In this document: positions 1-8,349 of the stretch, in pieces | Layout of the letters: every line of letters begins with the position of its first letter | Numbering within the stretch: position 1 is the stretch's first letter | Assembly: GCA_016927595.1 (NCBI GenBank) | Contig: JAFGMI010000017.1 | Coordinates: 537 to 64,536, forward strand | DNA from: Melioribacteraceae bacterium | Lineage (GTDB): Bacteria > Bacteroidota > Ignavibacteria > Ignavibacteriales > Melioribacteraceae | Length of the DNA: 64,000 nucleotides | Reading direction: 5' to 3' | Translations under genes and position numbers: made by a program | Notes under the pieces: model-generated | What the model saw: only the letters and a program-made list of their open reading frames with translations | What the model was told of the DNA's origin: nothing | The model's database searches: none

Positions 1-2
1 CC

Positions 3-254
3 CACGGCACGCTTAAATTACGCAAGAATCCTGATAAGGTTGAAGTCAGGGATCTTGAGCTGTTCCTCAAAAACGCGGGACAGGAGATGCTCACCATCAT
101 CCCCGAAAGCGTAAAACCCAATCTCAACGGAATCAAATCAGTAATCCGAATGTCAGGCAAAATCCCCGATGGCGTGGAAGTTATCGCCGGACAGGAGGAG
201 TTTTCAGTTAAACTTAACAAGGAGGTTTACAATGACGCAAAGACAGAAGCTTGA
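3..254 (+). CDS. 3' part of a phage/plasmid-type gene whose start lies upstream of the window (tail resembles Siphovirus Gp157-family C-termini)
   Basis: My translation of frame 3 is open from the window edge: HGTLKLRKNPDKVEVRDLELFLKNAGQEMLTIIPESVKPNLNGIKSVIRMSGKIPDGVEVIAGQEEFSVKLNKEVYNDAKTEA, with TGA at 252-254. It is absent from the ORF track because it has no in-window start. It overlaps the next start (232), as in tightly packed phage modules. The family call comes from remembered motif pattern only. Confidence 0.45.
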   Translation, partial: HGTLKLRKNPDKVEVRDLELFLKNAGQEMLTIIPESVKPNLNGIKSVIRMSGKIPDGVEVIAGQEEFSVKLNKEVYNDAKTEA

Positions 255-708
255 GTTCGAGATCAACAAGCCGCTTGAGATCGAGCTCATGTACGACGAA
301 CCCGTGACTGGAAAAAGCGCATACGGAGATTATTTCCTGTACGCGGTAAAGGCTAACGGACAGGAGTGGTCTTACTTTCCGCCGAGGGAAGTTCATGACG
401 TGATCAGGGAGCTCCGCAGAGGAGATAAAGCAGTTATCACGAAACTCGCTGCTCAGAGAGGTTCAAAGATCGTTACTACCTACGATGTTAAAGTTGTAGG
501 CCGGGGGGTGAAGCAGACAGTGGCTCAGGAGGCAGGTGATGACGAGGAAGTAAATGAAGAGCTCCCCGCGCGCGATTCATTCTACGGAATCATGCTCAGC
601 AGCTACCGTGACGCAATTGAGATATCCCGCGAACTGAACGGAATGGCTGATCCTGAGAAGATTGCCGTTACTCTTTTCATAGCCCGCTCCAGATCAAACG
701 GTTACTAG
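232..708 (+). CDS. hypothetical protein of the GC-rich mobile-element block (acidic central linker)
   Basis: Track ORF 169..708. The ATG at 232 is preceded by AAGGAGG (219-225), so the likely product is MTQRQKLEFEINKPLEIELMYDEP... (158 aa). No family recognised. Confidence 0.6.
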   Translation: MTQRQKLEFEINKPLEIELMYDEPVTGKSAYGDYFLYAVKANGQEWSYFPPREVHDVIRELRRGDKAVITKLAAQRGSKIVTTYDVKVVGRGVKQTVAQEAGDDEEVNEELPARDSFYGIMLSSYRDAIEISRELNGMADPEKIAVTLFIARSRSNGY

Positions 709-717
709 GAGGCACGC

Positions 718-1107
718 ATGAAACTAAACCGCAGCGATATATACGCCGACATAACCCGCAGACTTAAGGAAAAGCTCTCGCAGGGAACGCTTCCATGGAG
801 AAAATCCTGGGAGATAGGCCTGCCCCGTAACTTCCAGAGCAAACGCATCTACAACGGCCTGAACTTCATAAATCTGGCTCTTAACGATTACCCAAGTCCT
901 TACTATCTTACGTTCCTTCAGACTAAGGAACGCGGAGGGTTTGTAAGGAAGGGAGAGACCGGAAGCTGGGTAGTTTACTGGGATGTGAAAGAGATCCCGG
1001 GAGCTTCTGACGAGGAAAGCAGGCGTGTTCCGTTTATCCGCAGAAGCATAGTGTTCAATCTTTCGCAGACATCGCTTTTGACAAACTTATTTGTATTCAC
1101 TCTGTAA
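718..1107 (+). pseudogene. ArdC-like antirestriction/ssDNA-binding N-terminal domain (DUF1738-type), 3'-truncated near 1075
   Basis: AGGAGG at 707-712 precedes the ATG at 718. The pattern LPWRKSW...P.N..S.R.Y.G.N...L......SP.YLTF.Q....GG.VRKGE.G..VVYW....VFN..Q matches the ArdC N-domain. Homology and GC-richness stop at ...VFNLSQTS (~1075). The remaining 10 codons are AT-rich read-through to TAA. The metalloprotease C-domain is absent. Confidence 0.6.
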
Positions 1108-1337
1108 CTAGAATTTGACAAAGACTTATAGTAACCTGCCGATAGTTTTACAAAAATATTTTCAGTTAAATCTGTTGCTCCTTCGAAATAGACAACACCG
1201 AATGCTTCTGAAAACTTTTCCGAACTAATACCACTAAGTAGACTAAAATTAGATTTTGAAAAAAAATGATTTACTTCTGTTTGAGCCATTAAAATACATG
1301 TGCTAAATAATAGGAAGACACTCATCACTATTTTCAC
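1080..1337 (-). pseudogene. N-terminal fragment of a secreted/outer-membrane-like protein (signal peptide MKIVMSVFLLFSTCILMAQ), truncated at the composition breakpoint
   Basis: Track ORF 975..1337(-). The first ~85 aa are AT-rich with a clear signal peptide and alternating beta-strand-like pattern. Beyond ~1080 the frame merely runs antisense through the GC-rich ardC-like segment. Confidence 0.35.
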
Positions 1338-1420
1338 TCGGTTGCCTCTATTTTTATAAATTCAAATAATTCAATTTTATTCTTATTTAATGTTTCAAAA
1401 ATGCAATTCAATTATCGCTG

Positions 1421-2095
1421 CTATGGTAACAGTACATACTGCCCAATTTCCTTGTCTTTAACTTTCACGTAAATAGGAGATAGAATATAAATTTCATTAT
1501 GATAGATCATTCTTGTTTCAATTAGTCCATACTCTTTGGCATAATACATTCTCCTATTATTTGTTGTATCTGGATCAATTTGGTTGATTTCCAATACGTC
1601 ATAGAAAGTTTGTAATGATGTTTCAACTGAATCAATAATTTTAGATTCGTGAAATACTCTTTCAGAATCTGCAACGCCATCAGTTCTGAGAAAATACTCA
1701 TTACCATTATCATATGTATTTATAATCTTTGATTCTAAAAAAGGATTAACACTATTTATGGTTGGTTCTTTAACTGTGTCTAAATACGTCTGCCAGAAAT
1801 AATTATCCCTAATGAAATGATAAGTATAGCCAATCCACTTGACGTTTGCATAATATGTGATATTTTCCACTACGTATACCTCCTGACCATCAACTCTATT
1901 TGTTGTATTAATAACTTCTACTTGTGAATATTGACCAGTAGCAATATCATAGTATTGTCTAATGTCTCCAATGTTTAATGACATGTAGGGAATTTTTGGC
2001 TCAGGTTGTTCAGGTTCTGTAGAATGGTAACAGGAATGTAAAAATATTACTAAAGCTGGTAAAACAAAAATAATACTTTTAACATTTTTATTCAT
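1421..2095 (-). CDS. hypothetical lipoprotein
   Basis: Track ORF 1421..2173(-). The internal ATG at 2095 gives MNKNVKSIIFVLPALVIFLHSC..., a lipoprotein signal with a lipobox Cys. No family recognised. Confidence 0.6.
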   Translation of the reverse strand: MNKNVKSIIFVLPALVIFLHSCYHSTEPEQPEPKIPYMSLNIGDIRQYYDIATGQYSQVEVINTTNRVDGQEVYVVENITYYANVKWIGYTYHFIRDNYFWQTYLDTVKEPTINSVNPFLESKIINTYDNGNEYFLRTDGVADSERVFHESKIIDSVETSLQTFYDVLEINQIDPDTTNNRRMYYAKEYGLIETRMIYHNEIYILSPIYVKVKDKEIGQYVLLP

Positions 2096-2240
2096 AATTC
2101 GGCAAGCTATAAGATATTGGATTAATACATAATAGTTTAAAACTAATATAATTTGAATCCTATTTATGATCAAGTTAAAACAAGATCACAATTTCACATT
2201 TTCAGTGAGATTATAATAAAACAAATAAATTAGTTTTCTT

Positions 2241-2390
2241 GGCGGCGGAAGTCTTGAGCCGAGCAGGGAAGATATTCAGATCACTAAAAAACTTGTAGAC
2301 GCAGGGAAGCTCCTTGATATTAAGGTCTTTGATCACCTGATCTTCGGAGAGAATCAGTACACCTCGTTTGTTGAGAGAGGACTAACCTAG
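2241..2390 (+). pseudogene. radC: RadC/JAB-domain 3' remnant (last ~49 codons only)
   Basis: My translation is GGGSLEPSREDIQITKKLVDAGKLLDIKVFDHLIFGENQYTSFVERGLT*, with TAG at 2388-2390. It matches the RadC C-terminus (...HNHPSG..PS.eD...T.rl...g.ll.I.v.DH.I.g...y.SF...G). The fragment begins inside the HNHPSG motif at an abrupt AT-to-GC shift at 2240/2241, and there is no start codon. Confidence 0.65.
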
Positions 2391-2454
2391 AATAGTTTAG
2401 CTTGCGATTAAAGCGGAAGACAGGCAGGTACAGTCAATTGATAATCAGCTAAAG

Positions 2455-3963
2455 GTGCTGAGGATTCTTGCTAAAGAAAGAAACTTAAATATAGTTGAAG
2501 AGTACATTGAATCGAAGTCTGCTAAGGAGCCGGGCAGACTTCAGTTTAATCGGATGTTAGAGGATATCAGAGCAGGAAAAGCAGATGGCATAGTATGTTG
2601 GAAGTTGGACAGACTTTCCAGAAATCCAATAGATAGTGGCACTTTGAGTTGGCTCTTGCAAACCGAAATAGTTAAAGAGATAATCACGTTTGAAAGAGTC
2701 TACCGACCAGAAGACAACGTTTTGATGATGGCTGTGGAGCAAGGTATGGCAAATCAGTTTATAATGGATTTAAGAAAGAACACAAAAAGAGGCATACAGA
2801 ACAAATGTGAGCGTGGATGGTATCCGGCGCAATCTCCCATCGGCTATATGCATAACCCCATTAAGAAAAAAGGACAGAAGGAAATAATTCCTGATCCAGA
2901 CCGGTTTGATATGGTTAGGAAAATATTTGATCTGGTGCTATCTAGGAGGTATACAGTTGCACAGGTGCTGAAAATTGCCAGGGATGAATGGAAACTTGAT
3001 AATAGGCACGGTTGCCCACTGTCAAGGAGTACATTGTATCGTATACTTGGTGATCCTTTTTACTACGGAAAATTCGAGTACCCTAAAAATTCGGGCATAT
3101 GTTATGAAGGTGCGCATAAGCCGATGATTACGTATAGTGATTATAGGGCAGTGCAGAGAATTCTGGAAAGAAGAAGCACCAATGCAGAGTCCACTAAAGA
3201 ATTTACCTATCGTGGAATTATCAGATGTAAAGAATGCGGTGCACTTATTACAGCCGAAGAGAAACATAAGCATCAGAAGAACGGAAATTCACACCACTAC
3301 AAGTATTATCACTGTACTTGGAAAAAAGACCCTGACTGTTCTCAGAAAAAATCTGTCGAGGAAAAGAATATCGATGTTCAGATCATGAACTTACTCGAAA
3401 GGATACATCTACCCCAGGAATTTATTGTATGGGCGCACGATAGGCTTGAAGAGTTGAACACTGATGAGAGAGAAAAACGAGAAGCCGTTTTCTCGAATTT
3501 AAAGAGACAGCTAACAAAGATCGAGAACCGTATTGAAGCGTTGATAGATCTTCGACTTGACAGCGATCTAAATCAGGAAGACTTTAAGCTGAAACGCAAC
3601 GAACTTAACAAAGCAAAAATGGATATTGAAGATAAGATTAAGGGGATGCATCAGCAAAACGGTCATTCATTGGCTGAGTGTGACAGACACTTAGATATCT
3701 CTCATAGGGTAAAGAGTATATTCCCTGAAATGTCAGCAGAGCAGAAAAGGCAGCTTATGCTAATTTTATGTTCGAACCTCTTCCTTGAGGACAAAAAACT
3801 TCTATTTGAACTTGAAAAGCCATTTTTAATTATCGATGAACTTGCTGAGATAAATAGAGTTGAAGACGGGAAATCCCGAGGGTTCGAACCTCTCCAAACC
3901 CCTATAAAAAAAGGGGTTAACAGTGATTTATACACCGAAAACCCCTTAGTGCTCCACGAGTAG
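2455..3963 (+). CDS. large serine recombinase (recombinase family protein), apparently missing the catalytic N-terminal ~15 residues
   Basis: Recognised features:
- Resolvase-domain core ...SIDNQLKVL...ESKSAKEPGRLQFNRML..I..GKADGIVCWKLDRLSRNPIDSG.
- Recombinase domain (PIGY...).
- Zn-ribbon CKECG...YYHC.
- Coiled-coil tail.

The only start is the GTG at 2455. The frame is open back only to a TAG at 2398-2400, and no Y-x-R-x-S catalytic-serine motif precedes EDRQVQSIDNQ. The 3' end of the ORF reads into tRNA-Asn. Confidence 0.75.
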   Translation: MLRILAKERNLNIVEEYIESKSAKEPGRLQFNRMLEDIRAGKADGIVCWKLDRLSRNPIDSGTLSWLLQTEIVKEIITFERVYRPEDNVLMMAVEQGMANQFIMDLRKNTKRGIQNKCERGWYPAQSPIGYMHNPIKKKGQKEIIPDPDRFDMVRKIFDLVLSRRYTVAQVLKIARDEWKLDNRHGCPLSRSTLYRILGDPFYYGKFEYPKNSGICYEGAHKPMITYSDYRAVQRILERRSTNAESTKEFTYRGIIRCKECGALITAEEKHKHQKNGNSHHYKYYHCTWKKDPDCSQKKSVEEKNIDVQIMNLLERIHLPQEFIVWAHDRLEELNTDEREKREAVFSNLKRQLTKIENRIEALIDLRLDSDLNQEDFKLKRNELNKAKMDIEDKIKGMHQQNGHSLAECDRHLDISHRVKSIFPEMSAEQKRQLMLILCSNLFLEDKKLLFELEKPFLIIDELAEINRVEDGKSRGFEPLQTPIKKGVNSDLYTENPLVLHE

Positions 3964-4023
3964 GACTCGAACCTACAACCCTGCGGTTAACAGCCGCATG
4001 CTCTACCATTGAGCTATCGTGGA
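3952..4023 (-). tRNA. tRNA-Asn (anticodon GTT)
   Basis: Hand-folded from the reverse complement:
- Acceptor stem TCCACGA/TCGTGGA.
- D-arm GCTC-AATGGTA-GAGC.
- Anticodon arm TGCGG-CTGTTAA-CCGCA.
- Variable region GGGTT.
- T-arm GTAGG-TTCGAGT-CCTAC.
- Discriminator G.

Length is 72 nt and CCA is not encoded. Confidence 0.9.
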
Positions 4024-4279
4024 ATATATGTTTCAGAACAAATTTGAATCGTAAAGTTATATTTCCTCTATTTTATTGTCAAGTAATAAATTTGATTACT
4101 AAATCTTGTTTTAGGTTATTTTCTAATTTTTGAGAATCATCTGATATTGTCTTTCAAATTGTATAACTCAAAATCAATATTATACGTAATTATTCAAAAA
4201 ATGTGAATAATAGCGGTTTCCGGTTACGGCATACATATTGATTAAACTCATTGATGTTATTAAAAGTAACGAGGCACCG

Positions 4280-4684
4280 ATGGAATTAACTCACATCGAA
4301 CATATTGGCATAGCCGTTTCTAATCTTGAGGAATCGATCAAGTATTACGAAAATGTATTGGGATTAAAATGTTATGCTATCGAAGAAGTAGCGGACCAGA
4401 GAGTCAGGACGGCTTTTTTTAAAATAGGACAGACAAAGATTGAACTGCTTGAATCAACTTCGCCCGATAGTCCCATCGGTAAATTTATTGAAAAGAAGGG
4501 TGAAGGTATTCATCATATCGCGTATTCTGTCAAAGATATTGCAGGAGCTCTTGTTGAAGCCGAGAGTAAAGGTGTCAGGTTGATCGATTCACAGCCCCGT
4601 AAAGGTGCAGAGGGATTAAACATTGCTTTCCTGCATCCAAAATCCACAGGCGGTGTTCTGACTGAACTCTGCTCTGATAAATGA
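4280..4684 (+). CDS. mce: methylmalonyl-CoA epimerase (VOC/glyoxalase fold)
   Basis: HIEHIGIAV.NLEE...YY...LG........V..Q.V..AF...G..KIELLE......PI..F..KKGEGIHHIA..V.D. The ATG at 4280 follows GAGG (the track start 4238 is a TTG). The gene sits directly upstream of the decarboxylase cluster. Confidence 0.85.
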   Translation: MELTHIEHIGIAVSNLEESIKYYENVLGLKCYAIEEVADQRVRTAFFKIGQTKIELLESTSPDSPIGKFIEKKGEGIHHIAYSVKDIAGALVEAESKGVRLIDSQPRKGAEGLNIAFLHPKSTGGVLTELCSDK

Positions 4685-4714
4685 TGATGAGTTAAATAGA
4701 ATTTCGGAGATAAA

Positions 4715-6274
4715 ATGGCAATAGAAGATAAAATTAAGCACCTGATGAAGATGCGTGAGCAAGCCCGGCTTGGCGGCGGGGAAAAAAGAATAGAGGCTCA
4801 GCATCAGAAGGGCAAATACACTGCGAGAGAAAGAATTGAGATGCTTCTGGATGAAGGCAGCTTTGAAGAGTTCGATATGTTTGTATCGCACCGGGCGCAC
4901 GATTTCGGGCTCGAAAAACAACAATACCTCTCTGATGGTGTTGTTACCGGTTATGGAACAATAGACGGCAGACTGATATACGTCTTTTCGCAGGATTTTA
5001 CAGTATTCGGCGGTTCGCTGTCCGAAATGTTTGCTGAAAAAATATGCAAAGTAATGGAAAAGGCAATGAAAATGGGTGCGCCGGTTATCGGGATTAACGA
5101 TTCAGGCGGTGCACGAATTCAGGAAGGCGTTAAAAGTCTTGCGGGATATGCTGATATTTTCCAGCGGAATATAATGGCTTCCGGTGTAATTCCTCAGATC
5201 TCTGCTATATTCGGACCATGTGCCGGCGGGGCTGTTTATTCACCGGCGTTAACCGACTTTACGATAATGTCAAAAGATACCAGCTATATGTTTGTAACCG
5301 GTCCAAAAGTGGTTAAAACTGTAACTGGAGAAGTCGTGAGTACTGAAGATCTGGGCGGTGCACAGGTACATGCATCGAAATCAGGTGTTACTCACTTTGT
5401 TGCTGAGGATGAAAAAGAGGGGATACTGCTTATCAGAAAGTTATTGAGCTACCTGCCGCAGAATAACATGGAAGATCCGCCATTAACTGTCTGCGACGAT
5501 CCCATCGACAGGCTTGATGATTATCTGAATACCATTGTTCCGGAAAATCCCAACAAACCATATGATGTTAAAGATGTTATCCATTCTATTGTTGATTTCA
5601 ACGAATTTCTTGAAGTTCAGAGAAGTTATGCCCCGAATATTGTTATCGGGTTTGCAAAGTTCAACGGTCAGTCGGTGGGTATTGTAGCTAACCAGCCCAA
5701 TTACCTTGCTGGTGTGCTTGATATAAATGCCTCAAGAAAAGCTGCACGGTTCGTAAGATTCTGTGATGCTTTTAATATACCGATTGTAACACTGGTGGAT
5801 GTTCCCGGATTTCTTCCCGGTACAGCACAGGAATACGGCGGTATAATTATTCACGGTGCCAAACTCTTGTTTGCATTCGGTGAAGCAACCGTTCCGAAAG
5901 TAACAATAATTCTCCGTAAAGCATACGGCGGTGCTTACGATGTAATGAGCTCGAAACACCTCCGAGGAGATATTAACTATGCCTGGCCTATGGCTGAAAT
6001 TGCTGTCATGGGTTCAAAGGGCGCAGTTGAAGTGTTGCATGCAAAAGAGTTAAACGGCATTGAATCGGATGAAGCGAAAGCTGAATTTATGAAGGAGAAG
6101 GAAGAAGAATATAAAGATAAATTTGCCAACCCCTATATTGCCGCAAAATACGGGTATATAGATGACGTAATTGAACCAAGGAATACGAGATTCAGGGTAA
6201 TAAGAGCTCTGCAGATGCTGTCGACAAAAAAAGATGTAAATCCTCCCAAGAAACATTCAAACATTCCATTATAA
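4715..6274 (+). CDS. mmdA: methylmalonyl-CoA decarboxylase alpha subunit / acyl-CoA carboxyltransferase
   Basis: 519 aa with the typical carboxyltransferase layout ([22 protein letters not shown]..., [11 protein letters not shown], ...[11 protein letters not shown]). Genomic context includes the Na+ pump beta subunit and a biotin carrier. Confidence 0.9.
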
Positions 6275-6284
6275 GAGGCAGACT

Positions 6285-6644
6285 ATGTTTGATAATTTTA
6301 ATCTGAATGCTATCTGGGAAAGCGGGGGAATTCTGATTTCCATAGTAGGTTACATTATAGTTTTTTTCGCTCTGCTTTTACTTTATATGATATTCGCTTT
6401 GATGCAGAAAGTGCTGGTGTCCAGACAAAGGAAGAAATTAAAAATGCAGGGGCACCGCGCTGCCGATTCACCTGAAATAAATTTATCTGGCGAAGTAACT
6501 TCGGCAATCTCGATGGCACTGCATCTTCATTTTGCAGAAGTGCATGATTTTGAAAATACAATTCTAACCATTAAAAAGGTACAAAGACCTTATTCGCCAT
6601 GGAGTTCTAAATTATACGGACTTCGTCAAACACCGAGAAAATAA
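6285..6644 (+). CDS. OadG-like small membrane subunit of the Na+-translocating decarboxylase (delta/gamma-type)
   Basis: 119 aa with a single N-terminal TM helix (ILISIVGYIIVFFALLLLYMIF). It lies between the carboxyltransferase and biotin-carrier genes. The assignment is by context and architecture. Confidence 0.6.
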   Translation: MFDNFNLNAIWESGGILISIVGYIIVFFALLLLYMIFALMQKVLVSRQRKKLKMQGHRAADSPEINLSGEVTSAISMALHLHFAEVHDFENTILTIKKVQRPYSPWSSKLYGLRQTPRK

Positions 6645-6656
6645 ATTGGTATCAAA

Positions 6657-7094
6657 ATGAAAAAATATAAGTTTACAATACGGGGAAATAATTACGATGT
6701 TGAAATTCTTAACATCGAGGATAATATTGCAGAGATTGAAGTCAATGGATCATCGTATCTGGTGGAAATCCATCAGCAGAAGAAAGAAACTAAAACACCC
6801 AAGCTTGTAAGACCAAGGGTTGAACCCAGCAGTGAAACCGATAAAGCGAGAACTTCAAAACCCACCGCGCGGACAGGTGCAGGTGCAGTAAAAGCTCCGC
6901 TTCCGGGCGTAATACTCGAGATTAAAGTTAAGCAGGGTGATATTGTTGAAACAGGGGACACTCTTCTTATTATGGAAGCCATGAAGATGGAAAACAATAT
7001 CAAAGCAGATAAATCGGGCACCATAACAGCCGTTAATGTAAGTAACGGAGATTCTGTATTGGAAGGGGATATTTTAGTGGAAATAGGAGCATAG
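6657..7094 (+). CDS. mmdC: biotin carboxyl carrier subunit (biotinyl domain, EAMKM motif)
   Basis: C-terminal APLPGVILEI.V..GD.V..GD.LLIMEAMKMEN.I.A...G is the biotin attachment site, preceded by a Pro/Ala/Lys-rich linker. Confidence 0.85.
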   Translation: MKKYKFTIRGNNYDVEILNIEDNIAEIEVNGSSYLVEIHQQKKETKTPKLVRPRVEPSSETDKARTSKPTARTGAGAVKAPLPGVILEIKVKQGDIVETGDTLLIMEAMKMENNIKADKSGTITAVNVSNGDSVLEGDILVEIGA

Positions 7095-7097
7095 AGG

Positions 7098-8243
7098 ATG
7101 GAAGGTATTCATCAGTTTTTAGAGTTTACCGGTTTTGCAAATGTAACACTGGGTCATCTGGGAATGATTACGGTCGGACTGCTATTTATTTATCTCGCTA
7201 TCGCAAAGGAATATGAACCGCTTCTTCTCGTTCCGATCGGATTCGGTATTTTACTCGGCAACGTACCTTTTATCGAAAACGTTGGTCTCCAGCTTGGTAT
7301 TTATGAGGAAGGCAGTGTACTAAACTATCTTTACTTTGGTGTAACCAAGGGCATATATCCGCCATTAATCTTTCTCGGTATCGGAGCAATGACCGATTTT
7401 TCAACACTACTTTCAAATCCTAAGTTGATACTTCTGGGCGCTGCCGCACAAGTCGGAATTTTCATCACATTTATAACAGCACTTACTCTAGGATTCGATA
7501 TAAATCAGGCTGCATCAATCGGTATTATTGGCGGGGCCGACGGACCCACTGCTATTTTTCTGTCTTCCAAACTTGCACCGGAACTTATAGGCGCAATCGC
7601 AATCGCTGCATATTCGTATATGGCGTTGGTACCCGTAATCCAGCCGCCCATAATCAAACTTCTTACAAATTCAGAAGAAAGAAGAATTAAGATGAAACCG
7701 CCCCGTGCAGTTTCAAAACTGGAAAGAATTATGTTCCCCATAGTGGGTCTGCTGTTGACTACATTTATATCACCAGGTGCATTGCCTTTGCTGGGTATGC
7801 TTTTCTTTGGTAATCTTTTAAAAGAATCGGGAGTTACAAAGCGGCTGGCCGAGACTGCCAACCGGGCATTAATTGATATTGTAACCATATTACTCGGTAT
7901 TACAGTCGGCGCCTCAACTCAGGCAACAACATTTTTAACACCTCAGTCGATATTAATTTTTGTACTTGGAGCAATCTCTTTCATGATAGCGACTGCCGGC
8001 GGAGTGATTTTTGCAAAGGTAATGAACTTATTCCTGAAAGATGAAAATAAACTTAATCCTATGATTGGCGCAGCGGGCGTTTCGGCAGTTCCTGATAGTG
8101 CAAGGGTTGTTCAACATTTAGGATTGAAAGAAGATCCATCCAACTATCTGTTGATGCATGCCATGGCACCGAATGTTGCCGGTGTAATCGGTTCGGCTGT
8201 TGCCGCCGGTATTTTAATGGGATTTCTTCTGAAAGTATTTTAA
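7098..8243 (+). CDS. mmdB: sodium ion-translocating decarboxylase beta subunit (OadB/MmdB family)
   Basis: 381-aa polytopic membrane protein with characteristic EYEPLLL.PIGFG..L.N.P and ...GGADGPTAIF... motifs. Confidence 0.9.
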   Translation: MEGIHQFLEFTGFANVTLGHLGMITVGLLFIYLAIAKEYEPLLLVPIGFGILLGNVPFIENVGLQLGIYEEGSVLNYLYFGVTKGIYPPLIFLGIGAMTDFSTLLSNPKLILLGAAAQVGIFITFITALTLGFDINQAASIGIIGGADGPTAIFLSSKLAPELIGAIAIAAYSYMALVPVIQPPIIKLLTNSEERRIKMKPPRAVSKLERIMFPIVGLLLTTFISPGALPLLGMLFFGNLLKESGVTKRLAETANRALIDIVTILLGITVGASTQATTFLTPQSILIFVLGAISFMIATAGGVIFAKVMNLFLKDENKLNPMIGAAGVSAVPDSARVVQHLGLKEDPSNYLLMHAMAPNVAGVIGSAVAAGILMGFLLKVF

Positions 8244-8349
8244 AAAATCAGGCGTTAACTTTAAAGACACTTTCGTTTTCCGGTATTAATATCCGGCTTT
8301 CAATTTCTGTTAAAGATATATATTATTAATTACTTTAACGGAAAAAAAT

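Noticed and set aside
3878-3901. tRNA T-arm-like string GAGGG-TTCGAAC-CTCTC followed by CAAACCC
   Set aside because: GGTTCGAACC is self-complementary, so the orientation is ambiguous. No D-arm or anticodon arm can be built upstream. The sequence differs from the tRNA-Asn T-arm, so it is not an att duplication, and it lies within the recombinase reading frame.
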